Assembly (NCBI RefSeq): GCF_009914755.1 | Contig: NC_060931.1 | From: the human T2T-CHM13v2.0 reference genome, Homo sapiens | Direction: 5' to 3' (one strand) | DNA length: 64,000 nucleotides | Shown: piece by piece, positions 31,845-56,359 of the stretch | Layout of the letters: every line of letters starts with the position of its first letter | Position numbering within the stretch: the stretch's first letter is position 1 | The notes under the pieces: model-generated | Told to the model about the DNA's origin: nothing | Database searches by the model: none | Seen by the model: only the letters and a program-made list of their open reading frames with translations | Program-made: the position numbers and the translations under genes

Positions 31845-33070
31845 ATTGGCAAATTTTCTGTAAAGGACCAAATAGAAAATATTTTAGGCTGTATAGGCCA
31901 TACAGGCTCTGTGACAACTACTTGGCACTGTCATTGTGGCACAAAAAAATATAGCCACGGACAATATATAACAAATGGTCATGGCTGTGTTCCAATAAAT
32001 CTTTATATATATATGTGTATATACGTGTATGAACACATACGTGTATATATACGTGTATACACGTGTATGTACACATACGTGTATATATACACGTGTATAT
32101 ATGTGTATGTACACATACGTGTATATATACGTGTATATACGTGTATGTACACAGGTGTATATATACGTATATGTACGTATATGTGTATATATGTGTATAT
32201 ATGTGTATATATACGTATACGTGTATATATGTGTATATACGTATACGTGTATATATGTGTATATACGTATATATACGTATATGTGTATATATGTGTATTT
32301 ATACGTATATGTGTATTATGTGTATATATACGTATATGTGTATATATGTGTATATATACGTATATGTGTATATGTGTATATATACTTATATATGTGTATA
32401 TGTGTATATATGTGTATATGTGTATATGTGTATATATGTGTATGTGTATATATACATATATGTGTATGTGTATACATGTGTATGTGTATATATACATATA
32501 TGTGTATATATACATGTATGTGTATATATACATATGTGTATGTGTATATATACATATGTGTATGTGTATATATACATATGTGTATGTGTATATATACATA
32601 TGTGTATGTGTATATATACATATGTGTATGTGTATATATACATATGTGTATATATACATATGTGTATATATGTATATATGTATATATACATATGTGTATA
32701 TATGTATATATGTATATATACATATGTGTATATATGTATATATGTATATATACATATATGTGTGTATATATGTATATATGTGTATTTATATATGTGCATG
32801 TGTGTATAAATATGTATATATTATATGTGTGTATATATACATATATGTGTGTATATATACATATATACATACATATATACATATATACACACATATACGC
32901 ACATATAGACATATATATGTATATATACACACATATATACATATATATGTATATATACACACATATATACATATATATGTATATATACACATATATATGT
33001 ATATATACACATATATATGATATATATGATAAGCTGTATTTGGCACACAAGACACAGTTTGTTGGTTCCT
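31845..33070 (+). mobile_element. MER58A-like element interrupted by a ~1 kb microsatellite
   Basis: ggcaaattttctgtaaaggaccaaatag...ggctgtgttccaataaatcttta | repeat | ctgtatttggcacac...gtttgttggttcct. Confidence 0.75.
32004..33029. repeat. ~1 kb alternating purine-pyrimidine (TA/TG/CA/CG) compound microsatellite
   Basis: Direct read; it produces the spurious Y/I/C/V/M/H/T ORFs on both strands. Confidence 0.97.
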
Positions 33071-33349
33071 AGACCAGAAAGTGCTGGAACTTTGTAGATT
33101 TTGATACAATGGATAATTATTTGAGTGACTGGATTAGTCTGAAACTTTCCTATTGTATTAGCCAATCATAGCTATATAAAGGATATGCCATTCAGAATTG
33201 GGGCTACTAAAAAACAGATGTTCTTTAGTTGATTGAATTTCCTTGCCATGTCAGAAATGGAACTCTTCACTTTTGGGGATTAAAGTCCAGGTTACCATCC
33301 AAATGAAGCTATTCTGCTTAATATTATCTCAATGATTAAGAACTGTTTC

Positions 33350-35587
<2,238 letters not shown>

Positions 35588-35854
35588 GGACTGTTTAAAT
35601 CTTGAATTGGCAGGGCACTGCCATCTCCTCAGATATTCTATATACTTCTTGGACACTTAAAATTTTGATTTACTTCTCTTTTTATAGGAAGACATTTGCA
35701 AATTTAGGTTTTTGTATTTTAAAAAATGCTTCCTCAATTAGGTCTTTTATTATTACATCTATAATAATTGTTCTGGTTTCTACATTGACTAAATATAAAA
35801 TCCCTAGGTTACATTTCTTTTTTCTTAGTGTGATGGATACAAATATATTTCTTG

Positions 35855-36050
35855 TGGCTGGGTTTGAATTCCAGGCCCACACCTCACTATGTACTTTTGA
35901 GAAAGTTAACCCCTCTGGTGTCTTAGTTTCTTCCTCTGTAAAATGAAGATACTAGCACCTTCATTACAGAGTGGCTTTGAGGATTAAATTAGTTAATGCA
36001 TTTAAAGTGCTTCTAACAGTGAATGAAATAGAGTAAGCACTCAAATGTTA
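35855..36050 (+). mobile_element. MIR
   Basis: Core ttaacccctctggtgtcttagtttcttcctctgtaaaatg...gaggattaaattagttaat. Confidence 0.7.
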
Positions 36051-38051
36051 AGACCATGCAACTTTGATGAATCATAGCGACTATGAATTGATTGCTTAAT
36101 AACCCACATTTCTCCTTTCCCCAAATCAGTAGCCCTAGAAAAATTGCTCATAGTGCTCAATCTTCAGGAAAGTGGTGAATATTGAATACTACCATGTTGT
36201 GATGATAATGGATGTCCCGGATTTGAATTTACCCTACTAATAAGTTAGTCTGCACTGTGTCATGGATGTTGGCAGAATACACATGATAATCCCGGGACAA
36301 AAACAGAAGACTTTGTTATTTACAGCACAATAAAAACATGAGTATCAGAGTCTTTTCCATCAGTTGCCCCCACTTTAAGTCTTGCAGGGGCTGTGCAATA
36401 GGGCCCAGGTGGATGCTCCACACCTTGTGGGTTTGTATCACAGCTGAGGAACACTGAGGTTCCAAAATCCACCACTTTGAGAAAAAGCAGTAAGCAAACC
36501 ATCCTCTTGTTTAAGAGTAGGGCTAAGACATTGCTTCATCCCTCCTAGCTTGTCACTAGAAACATATACCTAAGAGTAGGCCCATGCAAGGAGAAATTAG
36601 GACCTTCCTTTATGGGCATACCCAGCAAGACATGTAGGAAAATAAGCCCAGGGACAACTGTCTTTTCCAACAGTATTCCAGGTGTGATATTTCATTAAAG
36701 GTTAATTTTTTTGCCCTTTCTAGATTTATGAAAAAAGTTTAGTAAATTCAGTTAACAACATTAAATTGATGTCTTCTTAGAAGGCTTCTCAGCGCCTTTA
36801 CTGTATTATAAATATCTAAGAGGAAAAGTTAATGTTCAGTGTTTAGTAAAGTTTTATGACCATGGATTCCTTTTCCTTAAGAATAATTGCTTAGGAAGGC
36901 AGGGTACATTTTTTAAAAGAACAGTCTTGCTGTTACTATTTTTCTTGCTTCTATTTCCTGACTTCTCTTTTTAATCACTGTAAGATAGCCACACATTTAT
37001 TCGATGCATGATTATAAAGTACCTATGCCAATAAGGGTACATATAAAATACCCAATATTTGAAATGCTGATGGTGTTCCCTATTCCGTGGCTTTCACTGA
37101 CATGCTTACCTTAATCATCTGACCATAGTATTGACTGCATTGTTTTATCTTTGTGTACCACATGATACATTTCTGGACTACACAGATACTCTTTGTAAAC
37201 AGAACACCAAACTTTCCTTTAATTGTCTGCTATACTATTCTAATATTCTTCTCTCACTCTTATATGTCAGATATCTTACTATTTAATCTTTCTTTATATT
37301 CAATACTTCATTCTCTGGCAAATTTTACTCAACATCTTAAAATGTTGGTGTTAATCTATCATTACTTACAGGAGTCATCTGTTAATGCCATGAAAACTTT
37401 GCTCATAAAAAGAATTTAAGTAGGACTGTTGGCTGTTGCAGAGACAGCGGTTGTCCTTAAACATCTTTTCTGCCCCCTGCATATTTCAGACCCCTACAAT
37501 TAAAAAGAATAATGCTATAAATTCTGGCCAGTTTCATGTGGATGGAAGTATCAGGCAATGAACATCAGGAGCATTGAAGAGCTTTCACATCTTTGTCAAC
37601 TGTTGCAATAACTGACAGTACAGAAGAGATCACAGACTGCCATCAGCTTGGCTTCTTGAGTGACTGTGTAGAGGGCACCGCTAGGTCACACATTTGAGAC
37701 ATGAGATATGAGAAGAAGGATTTTCTTCAGTTTCGAAATGAGTCAGAAAAAAGGAAAAAATGAAAAAGAGTAAAGACACCTATGGGAATTACAGAACACC
37801 ATTAAGCAAACACATATTCATATTACAGGATTTCAAGAAGCAGAACAGTTAAAGAAAAGGACAGTCAGATTATTTAATGAAATAATTGCTGAAAACTTTC
37901 CGTCTTAGGAGAGATAGGGCAACCGGATCCATGAAACTCAAAGGTGCTTGAATAGATTCAATACAAAGCTGTCCTGAGATGCATTATAATCAAACTGTCA
38001 ACAGTGAATTACAAAGAGAATTCTAAAAGCAGCAATAGAAAAGTATCAAAT

Positions 38052-44437
<6,386 letters not shown>

Positions 44438-44849
44438 GGTATCAAATAAAATATGATGAAGTCTGCATTAGACTATCCGTAAATTTCTCAGCAGAAACCT
44501 TGCAGACCAGGAGAAAGTTGGATGACATATTCAAAGTTATAAAAGAAAAAAAAAAACCTTTCAGCTAAGAATACTATACTCAACACAACTGTCAATACCG
44601 ATGAGAGCAAACTGAAGGATTCATTACCAGTAGAACTACTTTACAAGAAATGCTTAAGGGAGTTCTTATAGTGAAAACAAAAGGACAATAATTACTGTAA
44701 TGAATACATATGAAAGTATAAAGCTCACTGGTAGAGGTAAATACATAATCAAATCAAGAATATTTCAATACTGGAATGGTGTATAAATTATACATTTCTG
44801 TAATATAAAGATGAAAAGTCAAAGTGGTCAAAAATAGCTAAGACTATCA

Positions 44850-45283
<434 letters not shown>

Positions 45284-48200
45284 GTAGATTATAACTACAA
45301 GATTTTATACATAAGCCTACTGGTATCCACAAAAAAAATAAAAGATAGCAGATATACAAATGATAACTAGAAAAATCATAGCTTAACACTTCAGAAAATT
45401 ATCAAATCACAAATCACAAGAAAGGAACAAAAAATCTGTAAAACAAAATCAAATTTTAAAATGTCAGTAAGCCTTTACCTATTAATAATAACATTGACTG
45501 TAAATGGATTAAAATCTCTAATCAATAGAGTAGATAAATAAATTTTAAAAAGATCCAGTTATATGTTGTCTACAAGATATCCACTTAAGATTTAAGAACT
45601 CACATAGCCTGAAAGTAAAAGGATGGAAGAAAATATTTCATGAACATGATAATCAAAAGAAAGCAAGAGCGGCTATATTTACATCTGAAAAAAAAAATTC
45701 AAGTAAAAAACTTTTGCAAGAGACAAAGATGGTTATGATTTAATGATAAAGGGTCAATTCATCTAGAAGACACTCTCAGTGTATGTACATGCCACAATTA
45801 AGCACCTACAGACATAAAGCCAATATTAATGGACATGAAGGTAGAAACAGATACAATACCATAATAGTAGGGGAATTTATTATCTCACGTTCATCAATGG
45901 ATATATAAACAAGACAGAAACTTAAGGAAATACTGGACTTAAATTGTACTTTTGATTAAATAGACCTCACAGGCATACAGAGCTTTCCATCCAACAGCTG
46001 CAGAATATCCACTTTTCTCCAGTGCACATGGATCATCCTCCAGACCAGATCACACAGTCCACAAGACAAGTCTTAACAAATTTAAGAAGATTTAAATTAT
46101 ATCTAGCATCATCTCAGACCACAATGGTAAGGAACTAAAAATCAGTAACATGAGGAATCTTGGAAAAGTCAAAAAATATGTAGAAATTAAAGAACATGCT
46201 CCTGAACAACCAATGGATCAAAGAAGAAATCAAAAAGGAAATTTATAAATATCTTGAGACAAACAATAGAAATATAACATATAAAAACCTATGGGATACC
46301 AGCGAAAGTAGTTTTAAAAGGGAAGTTTATAGTAATATATGCTTACATTAAAAAAAGATTCCAAATAAATAGCCTAGCCTTACACTTCAAGGAACTAGAA
46401 AAAGAACTAAACACCAAATTTGCAGAATAAAGAAAATTTTAAAAATCAGAATAAAAATAAATAGGAATGGAAAAGCCATAGAAAGAATTGATAAAACTAG
46501 GAGTTTGTTTTTCGAAAACAAATTGACAACCATTAGCTAGTCTAGAAAAAAATAGAGAGAGAGACAGAAAACAAAACAGTGGTTACTTCCACTGTAGGGT
46601 GTGAATAGAAAGAAGGAAATACAGAGATGTAGGTCAGAGGATACAAAGTAGCAGATACTTAGGATGAACAAATCTAGAGAACTAATGCACAACATGAAGA
46701 CAATGGGAAATAAAGTTGTACTGTGTTTAAGGGATTCATGCTATGAGATTTTTATCATTCTTGCCACAAAACAAAAATGGGTAACTCTGAAATGAAGAAT
46801 GTTAATTTACTTTACTGTAATAACACTTTTACTATGTATATGTATCCCATAAGATCATGCTATATAACTTAAATATATAAAATAAACTTTTAAAAATAGC
46901 AGAAGGGGACATCAGAGAGGAAGTGAGAGCATTTTATGCTTGGTTAACTAAGGTAAAGAGTTAAAAATAATTCCTTTATGACAGCACCTCTCATTCGTTA
47001 TGAGAATGTGCTGAGAATCTCCATGAAGAAGCTATGTTATGCAATATTTTTCAAACATATTTTTGCAGAGCAACTTGCAGGACTGGTGTTCTGCAGGGCA
47101 GACTTTGGGAAATGGTCCTCCAGACAAATTATAGTCCATACGCCATATGTAAGGGGGGAAGTGCTATTAAAGAGCAGAAGACCAACAGACAGGAGCTTCA
47201 AATTTAGTCCTGTCGATAATTTTCTTATTGGACTTTATTGCTTCATCTATAAATTGAAGGAACTGAGCTAAACAAAGTGTTTTGATCTTGAAAATTCTAA
47301 ATATTTTAAAAAGCTTGAGCTAGTTATAATACACTGTCATAGAAAGTTTTCCCTAAACAAATAAAATTGTATTGTTGCTCTGGAAAGGCACTGATTATAT
47401 TTTCAAGTCTGAAATTATTCAAGACATTTTAATATTTTGCATATAAGATTTATTTTGAAATTTGTCCTCTCACTTGAGACGTTTTGCCCTATTTAAGCTT
47501 CTGTTCAGATTAAAATTGAAACTCTCCTCCAATATTACACGACTGGCTTTTGATATCCTGGGCTCAACTGATGCTTCTCAAACTTTAATGGACATCCTAT
47601 CACCTGCGTATGTGGTCAGAATGCAGATTCTGATTCCATAGGTCTAGAATACTGTCAGATTCTGCACTGGCCACAAACTCCCAGGTGATCATGCTGCTGT
47701 GGGTCTGCACCATAACACCAACCTGAGTTTTAATTCATTTTCTACAACTGCTCATCACTATGAGATTGATCAAGTCAATAAATATTTCTGTGCCTCTGTT
47801 TACTCATTGTCAAATAGTGATAGCACACTTGCTTTAATGGCCTCACAAAGCTATTGTGAAGAGGAATTAGATTTTATGTGATGATCTACTAAAATTTATA
47901 AACATATCCACGTTGTTCTTTTTTCTTTTTTTTTAAACACAAATTCAATGGTTCACTCAATGGGCATTTTCAAATCTTTTTTCGCATGACATATGTGATA
48001 TATGTCATTATTTTCTGATTTTTTAACATAATTATGTCACCCTAGTAACTCACTGATCCATAGGAATGCTCTGATTAGGGGTTTGGAATAGTTAGATGTG
48101 GGGGAATAAAGGGAAAATATAGATGTTTAAAAATCATAGTGATTTTTACTGTATTAAATAAATACTGTATTTTACTATACTATAAATACTTTACTATAAT

Positions 48201-48533
48201 AAAGGTAGAGTCAAAAATTTCATTGCTGAAAGTGACTTCACTTGTGCTATCCCATATGTAAATGACTTCAGTGTGTGATAGAGAAAACAAAGTTTTTAAA
48301 AGATAATTTTCCTAGGAAAAGATAATTGTCCTAGGTCACACAGCATGTTAGTCAAGAACAAGCTTGTACCAAATTCAGGATGACAGAAAACTTACTAATT
48401 TTTGAGAAAAGAAAACATCTGCCACATAAACGTGCTTAAATAAGGTGAAGATGAAGACTTTGATTATATTTCAGAAACAGTTTGGACAACCTGATGCAGG
48501 GAATACGATTTTAACATGTAATTTGTGAAAATT

Positions 48534-48547
48534 CCACTAGATGGCAG
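48534..48547 (+). promoter_or_regulatory. Candidate CTCF motif
   Basis: CCACTAGATGGCAG fits the core consensus. Confidence 0.5.
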
Positions 48548-50571
48548 ATGAAATCCAATGTTAGATACAGGAGCGTGACAAGGAGGAAAAATGGAAACGC
48601 TATTTCTTTATTGAAAGACTGGGCCTCTGACTTTGGCACATTTATTCAGTGTATTAATATAGTGCCTATCACTGATTTAACATATAGAGATATGCTTCAT
48701 ATAAAATATTTCCTACACATTTTTTAAATTGAACTAATGGCATGGCTACATACGCATGTTACTAAATGGGAAATTGTTCAATATAGTGAGAAAGCATGAA
48801 AAAAGACTTGAGTCCTGGTCATAGTTTTGACACTAAATAAAGAAGTGACCTTGAGTAAGTTATCTCACTTGTCTGAATCTCATCTTCTCACCCATAAAAT
48901 GTAGACAATAAATAATAATGCACTACTAATTTGTAGGGCAGTTGAGGTTGTATGGAAATTGGCTTTATAAACTACAAAGCACAACACAAGTGTTGGTTAC
49001 TGTTATTTCAAAGCCCCTTTTCCCTTTCTTGACTGAGGCGGTGGGACTGTGAGCCTCAAATCAGGTAAGCCCTCCTTCACCAACCTTCCACTCTGCTAAG
49101 CCCTCTCAGTGCCCTCAAGCTCCGGGAATCAAAATCTTTCACTCATTCTGGCTAGTGTTTATTTTGGCTCCTATATGCCTTTGGACTTCTGCAAGTTTCT
49201 CTGCTCTGGTTAAAACAGTCTGCTGTTCTATTACTGTGTGTCACAAGGACTTTCATTCCCTCTGTGGGTTAAAGTGTCACTTGGTGCTCATGGGAGAAAG
49301 ATGGGGAAACTTCTTCATTTTGCTGGAGTCACTTAATTTTCAAATCTATGTGACAGAAGCCGCATAGTGTCCTACTTGTTCCTTCATACTTCCTCTGCCC
49401 TTCTAGGATTTTTAACAGCAAGTTTATGCCTCTCTGCTGGTACAGTCTAAATTCCAGTAATTCAAAGATTCATCAACAGTCCAAACTCTGTTTATATCTC
49501 CATGAATACTATTGCAAACCACATCCCAGCAATAACGTTTAGTTTAAGATTCAAATTAATGACTACAGTCTGAGACTACATAGAATATCTATTGCAGGCA
49601 ACACTTGAAGAAAATTTGTGCTATCCCATATTTAAGAGGGGATAGCATGTGACTTGTCAGATCTGTAGCTGCTTAACAGAATCGCTGTAGAATATTTCCC
49701 AACGAAGGGTGTATCCAAGGCTTATTATTGGGGGATAATTCGTCACATCCATTAATCAGAGGTTGATCTAGAGACTGCATGCAGAAATAGTGAGAGTCTT
49801 GGATGATCTATGTAAAAACATATCTGCCACTTACAGGCTGTTAGAAAGGTGTGTTCTATTGTGGAAACTTTCCCCCTTCCTTTTGCTAAGAATTGTTCAC
49901 AATGCAACTTAAGATCCTCAACTGTGAACATTATTATAAACACATACTTGCCCTCATTTTTGAGGGGGTGAAGTTGATCCACTGTGATTTCTCTCTGGTA
50001 GCATGCCATTCCCAGTTTTCCAGGAGTGACCCTGTATTCAAGCTTTCCACTTTTTCCTACCCATCAAATTCTACCTCCTGAACTTGAATTTACACTGAAG
50101 CATAAATACCTGATAATTTCAGAGTAAATTAATTACTTCTACCAAAGCTTTTCACATTTCAAAGCAATCAGAACCGGAAAAGGCAGGAAGAAAGGTAGAG
50201 GTTTTAACTGGCCTATAAGGCCCCTAAAATTCCTGCTGCCCTCCCTCCCACCTCCCCCAGTCCTACCCCACCATACACAGAAGACTGAGGTTTCCTAGCA
50301 TCTTCTATTCATCTATATATAAACACATTAAATTTATTTTTGTTACTAAATGGTGACAAATAATTAGACAGAGTTGCAAGAAACCGAACGATTATGTTTG
50401 GAATGATTCAGTCTGAAACATAGGCCATGCTTGTACACTTAACTTTAATGGCTTCAGGAACACATCAAGGATATAAGTAGCCAGCCTTCAGAGCAGAGGC
50501 AAATGGGCTACAAATAAAGGCCCATATGATTTTCAACTGCACACAGTGCCCCATAAAATTTAGGACACTAC

Positions 50572-50955
<384 letters not shown>

Positions 50956-51968
50956 TTATTAAACAGCTTTTCCCTTGAGCAACCCTAGAATGAATGGCAG
51001 CAGAATCATTTACATAGAGTGAGCAATAGAGAAGAGGCTAGGTCTTGAATATAGGTGGTTATATATTAATAACCTTGTCTATTACAATACTACTTTCAAG
51101 CTCAAGTTAGAGAAATGCTTTGGGAATACTCTTAAGTTTAGCAGGGTCTAAAGCAACATAGAATGGGGCTTCTAATAAGTTGAGAGAGAACCTTGGCATA
51201 TTCTGCTCACCCCTCTTAACATCATTGTTTGGAGACTGAAGGACAGCTGTCATCCTGTCAGGACCATGCCCAAAGAGCCCACAAGTTTCACCCTGTAACT
51301 CACAGAGCAAACAGGCTACCCTGTCAGCAATTTCTCAGATTGCTTTTCATCCACCAGCAGGCTTATTTTCATGTATTGCCATCTAAATCTCTCCAATTTT
51401 GTGTCAGTGCAGAAAGTATTATCCTTTTTATCTAAGGTTAATTCTTCCACCTAAGCAAATGAGTGTGCTAAAATATTTTCTATCCTTAAACTAAAACAAA
51501 AATCCCTCTGCTATTGGAATTCTAGGCAAGTGGTCATAACCACCACTATCATTCTTATGTGGAAAGGATGTTTCTATCTTGCCACCCTCCTCACCCCCTA
51601 CACCACAGTCTATTCTCAACCCAGCAGTGAGTGTCCCTGTTAAAATATTGTTCCATGTCACTCCTCTGCCTAAAACCCTAACTCAGGGTATAAGCCAAAG
51701 TTCACAAAATGTCCTTCAAGATCACAGGTAATTGGTCCACCTTCCACCTTTAACTCTGATCTTACTTTCTATTCCTTTCCCTGTCCATCACTCAGTTCCA
51801 GATTCCCTGATAAATTTGTCCAGTCTTGCATATGCCAGGCACACTCCCACTGCGTGGTCTTTGTGTTAGCTTTGCCCCCTGCCCAAAGGGAAGATCTACA
51901 TTACTATATATACTCATGGCTTTCTTCTTCATCCCATTCAACTTTTTTGCTTAAAACTAACCTTCCCA

Positions 51969-52252
51969 GGCTGGACGCAGTGGCTCATGCCTGTAATCCC
52001 AAAACTTTGGGAGGCTGAGGCGAGGGGATCAACTGAGGTTGGGAGTTTGAGACGAGCCTGACCAACATGGAGAAACCCTGTCTGTTAAAAATACAAAATT
52101 AGCCAGGCATGGTGGTACATGCCTGTAATCCCAGCTACTCGGGAGGCTGAGGTAGGAGAATCACTTGAACCTGGGAGGCGAGGTTGCAGTGAGCTGAGAT
52201 CTCACCATTTCACTCCAGCCTGGGCAACAAGAGCAAAACTCTGTCTCAAAAA

Positions 52253-52292
<40 letters not shown>
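51969..52292 (+). mobile_element. Alu (Sp-like) with (TAAA)n tail
   Basis: TSD TAACCTTCCCA 51958-51968 / 52293-52303; ctgaccaacatggagaaaccc diagnostic. Confidence 0.95.
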
Positions 52293-52295
<3 letters not shown>

Positions 52296-52429
52296 CCTTC
52301 CCATGAGGTCATCCCTAATCACTATTAAATTTGCATTCTACCTCAAGTCCACCCTTTCCTCTTTTTTCTGCTTGTGCTTATCTCCCAACAAGGTGTGCGC
52401 TCACGCTCTCTCTCTCCCTCTCTCTCTCA

Positions 52430-52430
<1 letters not shown>

Positions 52431-52476
<46 letters not shown>
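52431..52476 (+). repeat. (TAGA)11 tetranucleotide STR
   Basis: Direct read, preceded by (CT)n. Confidence 0.96.
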
Positions 52477-53019
52477 CAAGTTTGCATGCAATTAAGAATT
52501 GTGTTTATGTGCTTGTATATGCAGAAAGAGAGGGAGGAAGAACAAGAGAACAGACATTTTAGTCTATTTGTATATAAGACCCAGCTCCTATGGCAGTGAT
52601 AGGCTCATAGTAGGTACTCAGGAAATATGTGTTGAATGAAAGGAATAGTGATATTGGCATAGAGTAAGAGAGCTGACATTGGAGATGGAGAGGAGTGGAT
52701 AGATTTGAGCAATATGAAGGAGACAAATGTCAGGATTTGCTGAGTAACTGGCTATGGTATGTTAGAAGGTGATGAGCTGGAAAGCAGACTGAGAGGAGAC
52801 AGAAAACCCGGGAGAGGAGTGATGCAGTGGGAGTCAAAGGATGGACTCCTCCTGGGGTTTAGGGTAATGGTTAGTATTAATAGTATCAAAGTGAGATAAG
52901 GACTAAAAAAGCATTTCATTGGATCTGGTGGCTTGAATAACACTGTAAGAATAAGTTTGATATAACTCAAATGTTCTATGATCACTCTCCCACCATGCTG
53001 CTTCTTACCCAATAAGCCT

Positions 53020-53897
53020 CCTTTTTCCTCCTCTCTCTGACCAGCACCCATATAAATGCAGGCAGATACTTCTAACTATTAGTATGCAGCAGAAGTGATG
53101 TTGCATGACTGCCTAGCCAGGTCATAAAAGGTGACGCAGCTTCTGCCTGGCTTTGTCTTTCTATTCAGACTGTCCCTTTGGAGCACTGGTCATTATGTAA
53201 TCAGCCTGGCTATCTTGAAACCACCATGCTAGACAGGCCATATAGAGGTAGAGAAATGCCTGCAGAACCCCATATCTGGTCTCCAGCTGTATGAATCTTC
53301 TCAACCCACTTCAACATGTGAGTGAGGAAGCTTTTGAGATGACTTCAGCCGCAATCACCACCCCATTATAACAACAGACTCCTGTGCTAGTCAGCTCAGC
53401 TTCCATAACAAAATATTATAGACTGGGTGGCTTAAATAATATATTTATTTTCACAGAGTTCTGGAGGCTGAAAGTCTAACATCAGGGCTCCACCGTGATT
53501 GGGCTCTGCGGAGGGCTGTCTTCCTGTCTTGCAGACAGCTGTCTTCTCTCTGTGTCCTCACACGACAGAGGGAGAGAGCTAGCCCTGGTGTCTCTTCTTA
53601 TAGTCAGTACTAATCCCATTGGACCAGAGTCTCACCCTTATAACTTCAACTAACCCTAATTACCTCCAAGAGGCCCCATCTCCAAATACCTTACATTTGG
53701 GGGTTAGAGTTTCAATTATGAATTTGGGGGTGAGGGATGGACACAAACATTCAGTCCATAAACAGAAACTCCCATCTGGAATACCTACCTGAGTCCAGTC
53801 CACACCAGAACCATGAGAGATAATAATGATAAAGGATCATTGTGGTTTTATGCACTAAATTGAGGATGCTTTGATATACAGTAGAAAACCAGAACTC
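53020..53897. mobile_element. Older MLT1 (MaLR) LTR with a younger MLT1 LTR nested at ~53383-53763
   Basis: ccataacaaaatattatagactgggtggcttaa...ttctggaggctg...acaaacattcagtccata inside a second MLT1-type sequence. Confidence 0.7.
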
Positions 53898-53899
53898 TT

Positions 53900-54184
53900 G
53901 CCAGGCATGGCAGCTCACACCTGTAATCCTAGCACTTTGGGAGGCCAAAAGGAGAGTACTGCCTGAGTCCAGGAGCTCAAGACCAGCCTGGCCAACATGG
54001 TGAAACCCCATCTCTACAAAAATACAAAAATTAGCAAGGTGAGGTGGCGCACGCTTGTAATCCCCGCGACTTGGGAGGCTGAGGTGGCAGGATTACTTCA
54101 ACCCAGAAGGCAGAGGTTGCAGTGAGTCAAGATCATACCACTGCACTCCACTGTCTCAAAAAAGAAAAAAGAAAAAGAAAAAGT
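53900..54184 (+). mobile_element. Alu
   Basis: TSD AAAACCAGAACT 53885-53896 / 54185-54196. Confidence 0.93.
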
Positions 54185-54574
54185 AAAACCAGAACTGCTG
54201 TTCATCTTTCAGACTTCTGCCAGCTATTTCTGCAGAGAAGAACTTTCTGCCCTTCCCCACTTCTTTCACCCAGGTACAAGGTAACTATACATCCTTTGTG
54301 TTCCCCCAAACATTTTATTTTGCTTTAACATGGAGTTTTCACAAATGAGAACAATTGTCTCTATTTCCTACAAGAATTGCTGGAGGCAGACAATATAGAA
54401 GTCATAAAAAATGTTGAAAAGATAAATAAGCGTTTAAAACCTACACATATCATGTCTGAAGAATAGACTTGTGGGTCTATTGCATCAGACGTGGAAGGGG
54501 CAATAGGGGCAATATTTTATACCTAAAGAAAATCAACATCAGTTTTACCCTTCACCTTCAGCCAGCCCATTAAG

Positions 54575-54715
54575 TGTGTATGAGAGAGAGAGAGAGAGAG
54601 TGCACGTGTGTGTGTACAGGGTTGCCCCACCTAAGAGAGAGAGAGAGAGAGAGAAAAAGAGAAAGAGAGTGTGTTTACAGTGTTGCCCTACCTGAGAGAG
54701 AGAGAGAGAGAGAGA

Positions 54716-54753
<38 letters not shown>

Positions 54754-54763
54754 AGGGTTACAA
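54575..54763. repeat. Compound minisatellite, three units of (GA)n(GT)n-ACAGGGTTG
   Basis: Direct read. Confidence 0.9.
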
Positions 54764-55185
54764 CTAAACTGACCCACAAGTCTCTGAATTTTAGTGAGGC
54801 ACAGACCTAAAGGAGAGCATCATCAGAGTAGTGTGCTTGCTTTTCATATTATATAATGATTTAATGGAACCACAGATGGTGATTAACACTGCAAACATTA
54901 AACAGAAGAAAGATTCCAAATGTATTAACTTAATCAAAGCATATTTATTGAATATCTGCTATGTGTCTGGAACTATCCTATTTGTTTTAGGAGAAATGAG
55001 AGATGTATAAATAAGGAAGTCTTCAAGGAAGTAATTTTCTAGTTAGTGAGATAAGACAAACACAAAAGAAACTTAATAGAGGAGATAAATGGCTTATTTG
55101 AGCATATTAAGATATAATACAACCCAGCAGGAAATAATACATGTAAATAGTTTCCAAGGCTATGTTCAGAAATATTTTCTCAATG

Positions 55186-55790
<605 letters not shown>

Positions 55791-56359
55791 ATTTTTTTCA
55801 AACTTGGGCATTTAAGACTTGGTAATATGAGTGATACCAAGCTGAAACACAAAAGAGATTGTTATATTTACAAATTTTTAAAATATCACAATTACAAAAA
55901 CAAAGATATTCCAAAATAAGAACTCTCTTGAATTTTCTAATTAAGAGAAACAGCAGTGTTCTCCTATGGGCTCTAACAACGCATCTGCATACTGATTTTC
56001 CTTTCTCAGCTTTTATATTTAAAGGACATGTATCGGCTTCTCCTTGGTGTTCTTAAGTCCCCAACACTTTCAAAAGTTGTATGTGATCTATGGGGAAATA
56101 TGATTGATACCAAATTGTATTCAGGCCATCAAGTAAAATCTCAACATTTCTTACTGTTCCTTCTGAAAGTCACAATTCCTATTCCAAACAGTTATTTCTT
56201 ATTCTTTTTTAGGCTTTGAGGCCCAACTTAATAACTTTGCTCAATAAAAATTGTGCTGTTTTTAGTTTTCCATAAAAAGTTAATATAAAAGTAGAAGCAT
56301 AAAAAAATACACCAGAAGCATAATGGAGTATAGAAATGTGTAAAATGAATTACTTTTCT

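Larger units (their letters stand above)
51560..52640 (+). mobile_element. L2 3' region hosting an Alu and microsatellites
   Basis: catgtcactcctctgcctaaaaccc ... ggctcatagtaggtactcaggaaatatgtgttgaatgaa. Confidence 0.65.

Noticed and set aside
31884-33165. Long ORFs up to 369 aa on both strands
   Set aside because: Strictly alternating purine-pyrimidine repeats cannot contain stop codons; these are low-complexity artefacts.
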